Shown: piece by piece, positions 48,865-59,686 of the stretch
Layout: each line of letters begins with the position of its first letter
Numbering within the stretch: position 1 is the stretch's first letter
Source: Adineta vaga
Taxonomy: Eukaryota > Animalia > Rotifera
DNA length: 64,000 bases
Assembly (NCBI GenBank): GCA_021613535.1
Contig: CP075492.1
Location: 1,612,001-1,676,000, forward strand
Direction: 5' to 3'
The notes under the pieces: model-generated
The model's database searches: none
The model's input: only the letters and a program-made list of their open reading frames with translations
What the model was told of the DNA's origin: nothing
Position numbers and translations under genes: made by a program

Positions 48865-50193
48865 TCATCTGCATTGACATTTCGGTAATTTTTTATTTGC
48901 CCATCTATAAAATGGCATTTCAATAAAATGACGAGCAAAAACAGCTATACCAATACCAGCAAATAATTTCATAATTACACTCTTTTCAATCATGACACCG
49001 ATTAAAAGTGAACATACTTTAGGTAATGTTTCACTTAAACAATAGAATGCATAAGAAATTTCACCCATTTTAATTAATAAAGATTTTGTTAATAATCTCG
49101 ATGTTAATGATAAAGGATATCTGGCAGACGCATATAGATAGATACACATCATAAACGACATCAATGATCCCATACGTAATATAGCAGCATATTTAAATAC
49201 CATAAGACTAAGAAATAAAATTGGTGAACCGATAAAAAATAATATTCCTAAAAAGAAATAAATATTCAACATCCAACAATGACCATCATGTTTTGAATGT
49301 GATGACAACGGAGATGGTGTGTTTTGTTGCTGATTATCGTTTGATAATAAAGTAATGCTTACATTGTTATCAGATTGATTAGTAGGATTATCTGACGATG
49401 ATTTTAACATGAAAATAATACCTGTGAGTATTCCAAGAATAAATTCAGGAATTCTTGCTAATGGTGAGGTATATAATATTACTACTGGATTAAAATGATC
49501 TGTTATATTTTTAGATATTAACTCTTTATATGTCTTGAATTGAAATGGTAAAGGTATTGATGATATAAATAAAACTATAATACACATAAAATATAATCGT
49601 TTCAATGCTTTTTTCTTAGCATCTCGATTATTAAGAAGACTAATTTGATTTGTATTTAAAAAATATCGAATTAGACGAAGAATAAAAGGAAACATAAGAT
49701 AGAAAAACCATTCTGTTTGCACACTCCATACTGGTACGTTCCATGAACGCACACCGAAATGATAAGGAATCCATGTTCGTACAGTAAATAAAGTCAATAA
49801 GATATATATCACATTTCCATTAGTACATGGTTCAACTTTACTCCATATGCATCTAATATCATAAATAGATAAAAGTAAGGAAAAATAATATAATGGAAAT
49901 AAACGAGCTGCTCGTCTTCCAATGAAAGACCAATAACATTTAGCTGATTTAAATTTACAATCACCATAAGTCCAAACCATGACAAATCCACTTAAACAAA
50001 AAAATAATACAACACCTGCTGATCCATTCCACGGTAACCACCATAAATGAAATTTTATTAGTTCCTTTGTGTCTGTACTATGCGACATAAATATCCATAG
50101 ACATGATAATGCTCGAAACCCAGTAAAAACATGAATTATTGGACGACGAGTTGATTGAGTTTGTTCATTATTGACAGCAGGCGATGTTTCCAT
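48865..50193 (-). CDS. Acyltransferase-3 family (OafA/YrhL-like) membrane acyltransferase
   Basis: Motifs GFRALSCLWIFMSH, GVVLFFCLSGFV, RRAARLFPLY, WSVQTEWFFYLMFP, GEISYAFY and HFIEMPF. Intronless. Confidence 0.92.
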   Translation of the reverse strand: METSPAVNNEQTQSTRRPIIHVFTGFRALSCLWIFMSHSTDTKELIKFHLWWLPWNGSAGVVLFFCLSGFVMVWTYGDCKFKSAKCYWSFIGRRAARLFPLYYFSLLLSIYDIRCIWSKVEPCTNGNVIYILLTLFTVRTWIPYHFGVRSWNVPVWSVQTEWFFYLMFPFILRLIRYFLNTNQISLLNNRDAKKKALKRLYFMCIIVLFISSIPLPFQFKTYKELISKNITDHFNPVVILYTSPLARIPEFILGILTGIIFMLKSSSDNPTNQSDNNVSITLLSNDNQQQNTPSPLSSHSKHDGHCWMLNIYFFLGILFFIGSPILFLSLMVFKYAAILRMGSLMSFMMCIYLYASARYPLSLTSRLLTKSLLIKMGEISYAFYCLSETLPKVCSLLIGVMIEKSVIMKLFAGIGIAVFARHFIEMPFYRWANKKLPKCQCR

Positions 50194-51240
50194 ATCTTTC
50201 TTCTATGAGGATTTTATCTTAATTAAATGATGTAAACACCATATTGAATAAATACTATCGACAAAAACTATACCATATCTGGGAAATTCCCAGATATTTG
50301 AAGAAAGAACAAAATATGACTTATCTATATCATTATGCAAATATTTGTATTCAGATATGCAAATGAAAAAAATACATTCTTCAAGATTATACTAGAAAAA
50401 GTAAAGTATTCAATTTCAACTAACCATTATTTCACTTAATTTACCTCTACAACGATGTCCATGCTTTGTTTGTATTTGTTAGATTTTTTCAAACAATATC
50501 TGAGTATAGCTTTGTCAAACTCTATTTAGAAACTTGAATAAGTGCAGGATCATAGAAATTGTTTTTCAGCGACATCTGGTAACGAATATTTTTTATTACA
50601 ACCATGACTAACCATATTTCGCATTCGTCGATGACAATACGCAGGCGAATATGTTCGTATCTTTATAATCTTGGATGTGAGTATGGATAAAAACGAGATT
50701 CAAATCCACACCCTTTATTATCTTCTGTATATAAACTCAAAATCATTCATCTTGTTCTTTTATGATATCGACAAAAAATTCAACATACTTTAAATTAGTG
50801 TTTTCGTCTGAAACAAAAAGAAAATGTGACTTTTCATTTAGCTTTTAGAAATCATTAATAGAAGAAATGGTTATTTTTTTTCAATTTTTATTTGCTTTTA
50901 GTCATTTTCTGCTGTATTTCATCATAAAATGAATATAAATATTTACACATATAAGTCAGTTGTATTTGTTAGGAGCAAGTCAAAAAGTTATTGCTGTGAT
51001 TTACATGTATAAAACAAAATGCGTGCAATTTTTTTTGACAAAGTTGAGAGAAATACCGAAGAAAACCTTATTGAGCATAAAGAGATGAATAATTTACATC
51101 TATTGTGAATAGGAACATGGTGATGTTTTCGAGTCAGCATGACAAAATACATTAATAAATATCAATTGAAAGAAATCTTGAATAATATAGTTTGTTCTCA
51201 TCAAAAGTAGATTTGATCGCGAAGGGATGAAATGTTAGGT

Positions 51241-51329
51241 AGGGTGTTTGGGAGTGTGGGTTAGACTATTAAATGTCGGTGTGGATATTCATATTATCAG
51301 AAACCCTTTCTCTCACCCACACCCACCCA
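51241..51329. repeat. Telomere-motif hairpin element
   Basis: agggtg...gagtgtgggt ... cacccacacccaccc. Confidence 0.7.
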
Positions 51330-51389
51330 TTTATTCAAAAGATCAAAGCGATAAGAATAACAAAGTTCGAAGGTGAGGGAAGATTTGCC

Positions 51390-51526
51390 TTTGCCATATT
51401 CTGCTTTGTTAAAGTTGGTCGTTTCATTATCTTCAAATTGAATAATCTATTTACATGAATAAAAAGAGGAATAGGAAACGATCTCTGTTTCCGTTGATTT
51501 TAAATCGAGTGTATATTGATATTGAG
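51390..51526. repeat. Dispersed duplicate (about 130 bp) of 45977-46102
   Basis: Both copies share gttaaagttgg(c/t)cgtttcattatct(a/t)caaattgaataatctatttac...gatctctgttt...gtgtatattgata. Confidence 0.8.
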
Positions 51527-51733
51527 CATCTGAATATACCTTATTAGCTGTACACTAAAAGAAAATCTTATATTCATATAATAAAGTGAAGTATTTATTA
51601 AATCATGGAAATGTATATTTTTCGTCAACATTTCCCTACTTGTGTTAGATTCTAAAGAAAAATTGTTAGAGTAATTTCTATTTTTGTTTATTTAAAATTG
51701 TATTTGTCATACATTTTGTTGCATTAGACAAAG

Positions 51734-54700
51734 TTAAATTATCTTGTCCAAAATTCGTTTAATTGATTGAGTAAATTCGTCTCTATAGACTCGCGATGGT
51801 AGAACAAACACAATGAAAATCATCATTGATGGAATAAACGAAATGAAATAACCTGTTAGATATAACCATGGATTTCGAGCTGATTTCATACATCCAAATA
51901 AAAATGAAATAATCAAACGAGGAAAAGCTAATAATATGAGAATAATTGGTGTAATTAATAGATGTTTGTGTTGTTGAAATTGTTTATGTAAAATTTTCTT
52001 TCGCGATTGTTTTTTGTGAACATTTGAACGAATACGAGTTGCATTAATAATTATAATCAATGCTGATATAAAATTGATTAGAAATGGAACAAGAAAATGT
52101 AATAAATTCATAGTCCAATCAAATATTTGTAAAGATGATGAATATTTCGTCATACACCATATACGATGTTCTTCATCATCATCAATTAAATGACGATGAT
52201 TTGGATCATGAATATAAGAACAAATAGTCAAAATAAAAACAAATAAAATAATCCATTTTGCAATTTTTTTACTTTTTACTTTATCAAATTTGATTCCTTT
52301 CGAGACATTTACTGCTCGTTCAATAGCAACACATGCACTAAGCCAGTCACCAAAACTTAGAAACAATCGAAGAAGAAAATCAATTGATACACATTGTATA
52401 AACATAAATAATCGATTATTAATTAAACCAATTTGAAATATTAGAAGAAACCAAAATTTTATTGTAAATATAATCATTATAATCATTGAAATAATCGAAG
52501 ATATAAATAAATAAAGACCACAACCAACATTACGTGTTGTTTCTCTTTGAAAAGTTATAAGTGAAAAAATATTACTAAGAAATCCTAAACAAAACATTAT
52601 CACGAAAAGTATAATTGTGATTTTAATGACGATTGGTTGTTGACTAATTGACATGTTTGGATAAATTTGATAACCTAAAATAACATCTAATGAAAGTGTT
52701 GATCCTATTGTAGAAAATTGACATCGTGATCCATAATAACATTCAGGACATGAACAAATTGCTGATTTTGGACATTTTTTATCATCTTGAAAACATTGAC
52801 CTCGATTTTCACAGAAATTATATCCGTAACAATCATAAGTCATATTATGATTAAATTCAAAACAATTTGCTTGTCGATCAAGATCACATAAACAAAAATG
52901 AATTTCATCATAAAAACAAATTAATTCTTGTCGTTTTTGACATGGTTGATGATAATATTTAATACGTTTTAATAAATGTTGATTTGCAAGAGTCGAATTA
53001 AATAATTCATAAATTGATGCACAACGATAAGAAGGAAGAATTCGAGTAGAAATATTCGCAGCAGTAATGATTTCTTCTCGAAGAATAATCAAATAATAAC
53101 TGTTGAATATTTTTGCAAAAGAAATATGAAATGAAAATGTTATAGAAAATACAAGAATACTTTCATAAAATGCAATTTTTTTCATAACACTTCTAAAAAT
53201 AGGTAATGCATTAGGTTCAACTGTAATAAAATGAATAAGTAATGATGATGAAATAGGAATATCATTATCAAATGAAATTTCAATTTGAGTTTGATTTAAT
53301 TGATATTCACAATTAACACCTGTATATCCGAAAGGACATATACATGTTGATTTCTTTTGATTTAAAAGTTTATAACGTTCATCTATTGGTACACATTGAC
53401 CATCGTTAATACATGAATTAAAATGACATGAAGATGAAATCAGATAACATCGAGGACCAAATCGATTTAAAGGACATACACAAATTGAACTATCAATACA
53501 TAAAGAACCATATGCACAATCACATTTCTTCTCAATCATACATTGAAGTCCTGACCAATTTGAATTACATTGACAAAATGTTAAACTTTGATTATTTATA
53601 TAGGGAAAACATTGACCATGAATACATGATGGTGTACATTTGTCAAGTGGTTGAATATTTGAATAAGGAATTGTGAGAATAGTAGATAAACGATGAACTG
53701 GGAGAAATGTAAATTGAAGTGGAAACATCCAACTTGCTCGATATGTTAATTTTGTTTTAAGGTATGCATCAATTCGTATCGAATAGATTTTTGATGAATT
53801 TTTTGGTCGACTTGAATAGAGTAAATAAATATTGAATTTTGTAACACAATCTCGAATAGCTAAATATTCAATGAAATCATGTGATTCAATATTTCCTTCG
53901 ACATCCATTAGAATTATGATGAAAGTGAATAACTGCTGCCAATCTGATGTTGCTCGTATTTGAATTGTAAGACTGACACGTTGATTTTGATATTGACATG
54001 TATCTCCATAGTAACTGGGTGGACATAGACAATGTAACTCTTGTGTATCATCCGTCATTCGATTATAAAAGAGAATTCCACGATTACAATACAATACGTT
54101 GATCATTTCTGTTCTGAATATTGGTATTCTTCGAATCGATGATGTTATTGTTTGAATTGGTGGTAGTTTCGGAAAATCTACTTTCATTGTTAATCGTAAG
54201 AAATAGTTTGGGATATTCCTTAAAATAAAATAGATCGTTTCTTTTTCTGACCTTTCATCTAGATCGAATAAATCACAGAAGAAGTCTTCGACTTCTGTAC
54301 GATTATCTGCCCATAAATCACACGCTGTACATGTTTGTCCTTCATAGGTTGTGCAGAATATCTCATCGTCATCGAAAGAACAATCGCCGATATTGTCACA
54401 GAGTTCTATAATAGCAAGACAATTTGAATAGTCCGAACAGGCAAATCGGAATTCTTCTTGCTTTGGATAAAGTGAATGACAGTGGTATGGTTCATCTGAA
54501 CCTCCAAGACAGTCCATAATACCATTACCAGCTTGAGTAATAGGTAAACATGATATTTTTGATGTGTCATTTGGAAAGATACAAGGATGTTCAAAATTAG
54601 CACATGTCAAAGGCAAACAATTAACTTCGTCAGCACCATTTCGACATGACCAAAATTGATCACACCTTGTGTACGTATTATTACATAACCAATGTTCGCA

Positions 54701-56377
54701 TTCTGTTTCATCCGTTTCATATCGTCCATCGATAAATATGGGTAATAATTCTTCAATTCCATCACATATTTTTTGAAAATATATGTAATCATGTTTCAGC
54801 ACCACATTCTCCTCGCGTTCATCTACTCCGTCTGTGCAGTCATCTATTCCATTTTTAATAATTAATGGTGAGAAACAGACTTTCGAACCATCGACTACAC
54901 ATGCGTAACGACGATAAGCATCGCTAAGTGAACAACTTCCATCAAATGTTTCATCATCATTGAAAGGACAATCTTGAATTGTATCGCGTAGACGATGTAT
55001 TGAAATACATTTTATTGAATTATTGCATTGATACATCATCGAATGATTGCAATGATATATGTCACTCAGTCCTAAAAAGTATGCACGAAACATATTTCGA
55101 AGATTTACTTCGAACGAGAATGATTGACCCATCGATTCTACATCCAATTCATTGGGATCAAAACGACGGCAATTTGAATTATTTAAATGTTCTTTAGCTG
55201 AACGAAAATCTACAAAATTTGTTTCGTTATAACAAATATAATGTGGTAGAAAATTTGTGTAACTTTTCGTTTGCAAATCTTTGTTTATAATCAAGAATCG
55301 TGCATATCCAGCCAAGATGGGACCATAAGAAAATTCATGTAAAGATAAACAGTTATCTTTCACGCAATCGCCATCCGGACAGAATGTATCACACCATTCA
55401 TAACAGAATTGACTTCTGATGCTTATAAGACAGGCCACTGAAAGTGAACATGCATCATCGAGTAAAAACATACCGCGACCATTTTTACATTGATCGAGTG
55501 AGTATGCTCCCACAACACACTGACCATCACCACACGGAAATTCCTCCATTCCCGATCGACATGTTTGTTCTTCACAACGAAATGTTGGATCAGAGTAACA
55601 CCGCGAACTATCAATAGGAAAACCTTCATCAGATTGATCCAAACAATCAGGATTCAATGAAATATCATGAAAAAATTCTTTTGGAATACATTGCCCATTA
55701 TGACAACGATATTCATCGAGAGTACATTCATTTAATTCTAATTGCCAACAATTAATTTCATCAGATCCATCTAAACAATCGAATTTTCTATCACAAATCT
55801 CACGCCAATCCAAACAAAGCATTGATGTATTGCACTTAAGATGTATATAACATGTTGTATTGATATCTTTTGTGATTGGATCTGTTCTATTGAAGTAAAA
55901 TTCAACAATTTCATCAAAAGATATCTCATCTTCTAAATCAAAAGTAAATCGACAAAAAGGTCCAAATGATGATAATGTACAATTATAGAATAATGTTTCA
56001 TTATCAAATAATGAATTTGTAATATTATTTAGAAACATTTCATAACGTTCTGCTAAATCAATCGAAGCCGACCATGAAAGTAATTGTTGACTAGTTATAT
56101 TTTGTTGTTGTAATTCAGTAAAAGTAAAACTTATATCATATTTATTAGTATAATTCAATTCAAAATTCGAAATATTTCCATCCAACGATCGAAGACAATA
56201 CGAAATGATTTGATGAGTGACTACATACCGAAGATCATAATTCAAATACTCTTCATGTAAATAATATAAAAGACAATACCTATCTTTATTATTATCAGTG
56301 TTATATAAATTAAATTGTCCTTGTATCAATCTTTCTATTTGCCCAACAATTATTAAAATATAAAACAGTAACATCAT
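51734..56377 (-). CDS. Large intronless GPCR with multiple LDL-receptor class A and EGF-like repeats
   Basis: Signal peptide. LDLa repeats (CDRKFDCLDGSDE, CRNGADE, CLGGSDE) and EGF repeats (CLCPPSYYGDTC, CICPFGYTGVNC). C-terminal 7TM with AIERA. Confidence 0.92.
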   Translation of the reverse strand: MMLLFYILIIVGQIERLIQGQFNLYNTDNNKDRYCLLYYLHEEYLNYDLRYVVTHQIISYCLRSLDGNISNFELNYTNKYDISFTFTELQQQNITSQQLLSWSASIDLAERYEMFLNNITNSLFDNETLFYNCTLSSFGPFCRFTFDLEDEISFDEIVEFYFNRTDPITKDINTTCYIHLKCNTSMLCLDWREICDRKFDCLDGSDEINCWQLELNECTLDEYRCHNGQCIPKEFFHDISLNPDCLDQSDEGFPIDSSRCYSDPTFRCEEQTCRSGMEEFPCGDGQCVVGAYSLDQCKNGRGMFLLDDACSLSVACLISIRSQFCYEWCDTFCPDGDCVKDNCLSLHEFSYGPILAGYARFLIINKDLQTKSYTNFLPHYICYNETNFVDFRSAKEHLNNSNCRRFDPNELDVESMGQSFSFEVNLRNMFRAYFLGLSDIYHCNHSMMYQCNNSIKCISIHRLRDTIQDCPFNDDETFDGSCSLSDAYRRYACVVDGSKVCFSPLIIKNGIDDCTDGVDEREENVVLKHDYIYFQKICDGIEELLPIFIDGRYETDETECEHWLCNNTYTRCDQFWSCRNGADEVNCLPLTCANFEHPCIFPNDTSKISCLPITQAGNGIMDCLGGSDEPYHCHSLYPKQEEFRFACSDYSNCLAIIELCDNIGDCSFDDDEIFCTTYEGQTCTACDLWADNRTEVEDFFCDLFDLDERSEKETIYFILRNIPNYFLRLTMKVDFPKLPPIQTITSSIRRIPIFRTEMINVLYCNRGILFYNRMTDDTQELHCLCPPSYYGDTCQYQNQRVSLTIQIRATSDWQQLFTFIIILMDVEGNIESHDFIEYLAIRDCVTKFNIYLLYSSRPKNSSKIYSIRIDAYLKTKLTYRASWMFPLQFTFLPVHRLSTILTIPYSNIQPLDKCTPSCIHGQCFPYINNQSLTFCQCNSNWSGLQCMIEKKCDCAYGSLCIDSSICVCPLNRFGPRCYLISSSCHFNSCINDGQCVPIDERYKLLNQKKSTCICPFGYTGVNCEYQLNQTQIEISFDNDIPISSSLLIHFITVEPNALPIFRSVMKKIAFYESILVFSITFSFHISFAKIFNSYYLIILREEIITAANISTRILPSYRCASIYELFNSTLANQHLLKRIKYYHQPCQKRQELICFYDEIHFCLCDLDRQANCFEFNHNMTYDCYGYNFCENRGQCFQDDKKCPKSAICSCPECYYGSRCQFSTIGSTLSLDVILGYQIYPNMSISQQPIVIKITIILFVIMFCLGFLSNIFSLITFQRETTRNVGCGLYLFISSIISMIIMIIFTIKFWFLLIFQIGLINNRLFMFIQCVSIDFLLRLFLSFGDWLSACVAIERAVNVSKGIKFDKVKSKKIAKWIILFVFILTICSYIHDPNHRHLIDDDEEHRIWCMTKYSSSLQIFDWTMNLLHFLVPFLINFISALIIIINATRIRSNVHKKQSRKKILHKQFQQHKHLLITPIILILLAFPRLIISFLFGCMKSARNPWLYLTGYFISFIPSMMIFIVFVLPSRVYRDEFTQSIKRILDKII

Positions 56378-56707
56378 AGAATTGAATCTCTTTTCAAATG
56401 AATAAAATTTATAGCTTAGAGATTATTTTCTCTTATTCAAATATAGATTCTATGTGATTAAATGTTTGACACGTTCACTAAAATCAAATAGATTTAATTC
56501 ACATTCTTTGAATAAATATTGAAAAATAAAAATGCGATCAATAAGAAATTAAATCATTGAACAAAGAAAAGTATATAGTTGTGTTACTTTTATCCTTAAT
56601 TGTTGATGTTGTATTCGAATTCTTAATCGATATTATACCAAACTTTTTCAAATAAAGCACGTTCTTGTTCATTTGGTTCATAAGTTAACAAAAGAGATGA
56701 ATCTGTT

Positions 56708-56750
56708 TCTTGAGGGTGTGGTTTAATAGAAGACACCCACACCCACACCC
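56708..56750. repeat. Telomere-motif hairpin element
   Basis: tcttgagggtgtgg ... cacccacacccacaccc. Confidence 0.78.
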
Positions 56751-56832
56751 TTTTGGTTTCGTATAAAACCTTTTCTGTTTCTAGTGTAGGATTAGTATGT
56801 ATTTTAATTTAGAAAAATTAACAAAAGAATTC

Positions 56833-58833
56833 TTATGGCAACAGAATAAAGTTTGAACAGACGACTATAAAAACAGATGTTGCTAAAGCAGCGAGATGTC
56901 CATTTATTTTAGCACCTCCATTACAACCAATTATACCTGGTCGGCATGGTATTGTACTCTCTTCAATCATCGTTTCTACTATTACTTCAGCTTCATTGGT
57001 TGTTTGTTGTGTGATCTGCGTTATATTTTGTAATACATTATTTATTTCTTCGACATCCATTTCATCTCTATGTATCAAAATATCTGTGATGACATTACTA
57101 ACAGACTGTTCTGCGAACTAAAAAAATAATGAATTAACTAAGATTGTGGAACGAAAAAAGATTCTGATTACCTGAGTACTTCCTGTAACAGTAACATCAA
57201 TAACACAAGCCTGTCGAACAGCATCAAGATATCCTGGTGTTGATTCCACATTAGACTCATTTAGTGGCAAATGTTGTGTTGCTTGTTTTATGAAAGTATT
57301 GCAAATACTATCTGCCATTGCACTTGTTACAACTTCTTTATGAGTAGTAGATTCTGTTATTATCATCTGAGGCGCATTTCGATTACGCTTGCACCCATCA
57401 ACACATAAGCCAGTTGTAGTATTCGCATTGATATGTGACAATGTCGTAAACAGAGTGAATTTATAATGACCACTACTCCAAGACTGCACAAACATAGGAA
57501 AAGAAACTATAACCAGTGGAATAAATTATTTTTTGTTTCTTACACTATATCGAATCCAGATAGCAAATGAAGCCTTTCTGTATGCAACATTTAATTCAGA
57601 ACCCATTTTCGAAATCGATACGTCTGTATAGATAACCGATCAGGTCGAATAAAAGAAAATGAATGTAAGACAGAAATTTTATATACCTGGACCACATGAG
57701 TGAGGAGTGTTTGTTACATCGAAAGGCGTCAAAGTACAAAGTGGATTATTATCACTACTATAAAGTGTCATATCAAACTAGGTAGAAAAAATATTGGTAT
57801 TAAAATAAGTCAAAGAATAAGACATATACTTAATCATCATTCATACTCACACTTGTGATAATATCTCCCCTTTGTGAACCCGAATTTACTACGTTAATCA
57901 AAACGTATGAACTTTGAAAAAGTATGGAAGGACCAGCCATCTGACACCATGTACTCGACGCTATGCTGCCGTCAGATTTCGGGAACTGTATTAATTGTGG
58001 ATCACCCCAGTAATCACATTTATATAGCGGTTCTTGTTGCTCTTGTGAACTGCAATCAAAAATATATCAAAATACTGGCCAGTGTGCAACTAGTGTCAAT
58101 TGAAATATAAAGATATACCCTGTAGTTATACATAGATTATCCATTGCAAACTGTGTGGCAAAGCCTTGACTAGTGGCAGGAGTGCCTCCAGATGTTGTGA
58201 ATGTGATCTTGTCAATTTCCTTCCAATCTAATACAACGTTTGTTGCTGATTTCACTTGAAGTATAATTGTTTCAGTATAAACCCCCACTCCTGATCGTTC
58301 ACCAGTCATGGACAATTGTAAATCATTGTTCCAAGCTGCAGCAGCTACAAACGATTTAATATTGAATACTTCAAGTGAACTAGACATGCCGATACCAATA
58401 GACATAGGTTTTCCAAAAGCATTATAACCTACGTATTTTCCACTACTCAACGCAGTGACATAACCGCTCTCAGGATATTTTGTATCATCAACAACATATA
58501 CATTTGTCCATTCTAGTCCATGGTAGAAGGGGGGTATGGGTACTTCTACACCACTGAATTCGTCAAAATCAATCAACGTATATCCTTTTGGACAACCTGT
58601 TCAAAATAGAGCGAATAGTCAACAAATATATATTTATCGAAGAACGATGATGTTTCTGTGCCACATTCCTTCAGCTGATTTTAGAAGGGAATAGTAAGTA
58701 CTTACGAGAACATACTACACATGGGAATCTAATATTACAGAAATAAAGTATGAACAAGATGAGTAACACTTGTTACTTACATAAGCGCAGACAGCAATCC
58801 ACCCAAGGCGAGTAAGATTAGTTGGATAGACAT
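56833..58833 (-). CDS. Multi-exon secreted, probably GPI-anchored RGM/hemojuvelin-like (vWD-related) protein with an extra N-terminal domain
   Basis: Signal peptide MSIQLILLALGWIAVCAY from 58833. Motifs CDYWGDPQLIQF...TWCQMAG, GLCVDGC and QACVIDVTVTG, and a hydrophobic C-terminal tail. Several short introns. The 5' micro-exon structure could not be resolved. Confidence 0.6.
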
Positions 58834-59189
58834 TTTATCTTGTGTGAAAACAATCGCTGTTTTCGAATAAGAACGTGTTAATATTTGATGAATTCTGCTC
58901 TGTATATATAAGTTATCTCTTATCTAACTATACATTCTTTCGTTGATTCGAGCACTGATAACAATATACTTGTGCATCAACAGAAATTCTTCACGAATCA
59001 TCTTTTGTATCAAATTATATATCAGCGAAAAACTTACTCTCATATAAAAAGAAATTTTCTTTCAGGTAGGAAGATAACTAATATTTACACTTTACATAAA
59101 CATTCTCGAAGTATGATGTTGCTGTTCGAAGAAAAACGGTAACTTCGATTACTTTTAATATACTTTAAATGCAAACTTCACAAAACCCA

Positions 59190-59257
59190 TCTTGAGAGTG
59201 TGGGTGTGGGTGTGCCTGTGAGTGTCGTTAAGAATGATATGTAAAACCCACACCCTC
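59190..59257. repeat. Telomere-motif hairpin element
   Basis: tcttgagagtgtgggtgtgggtgtg ... acccacaccctc. Confidence 0.78.
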
Positions 59258-59686
59258 TGTGAAACAGGGTATCTCATCATGAGATCAAGAATATGTGAGT
59301 ACATTTTTCTTTTATAAATAACACTCATACCTTCAAAATAATCACAGTAGAAAGAATTATTCTAGCGTAATAATTTGAGAAATAAAAGCATAGAGTTTAC
59401 ATATATATAGAGAGAGAGAAAAATCACATTAGCTCTAAGCAACTTATGTTTTAACAAAATACTTGAGAATATTTCATGATAAATAACAACAATCAGGTGA
59501 ATTACATGAATATTCAATAAAATACTTAAAATATATTTCGAGCATAAAAATAAATGTAATATTAAACGATAGAAATCATTGAAAAACGATCAGATCTTTT
59601 CAATATAATTTTCAATCAAATATATTCATATAATAAAATAAAAATATACATATATTATTGATTTAAAATCAATTATTAGATTACAA

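Noticed and set aside
41702-59257. True telomere or interstitial telomeric array
   Set aside because: Each arm has only 1-3 repeat units and they are arranged as inverted pairs, not as long tandem arrays.
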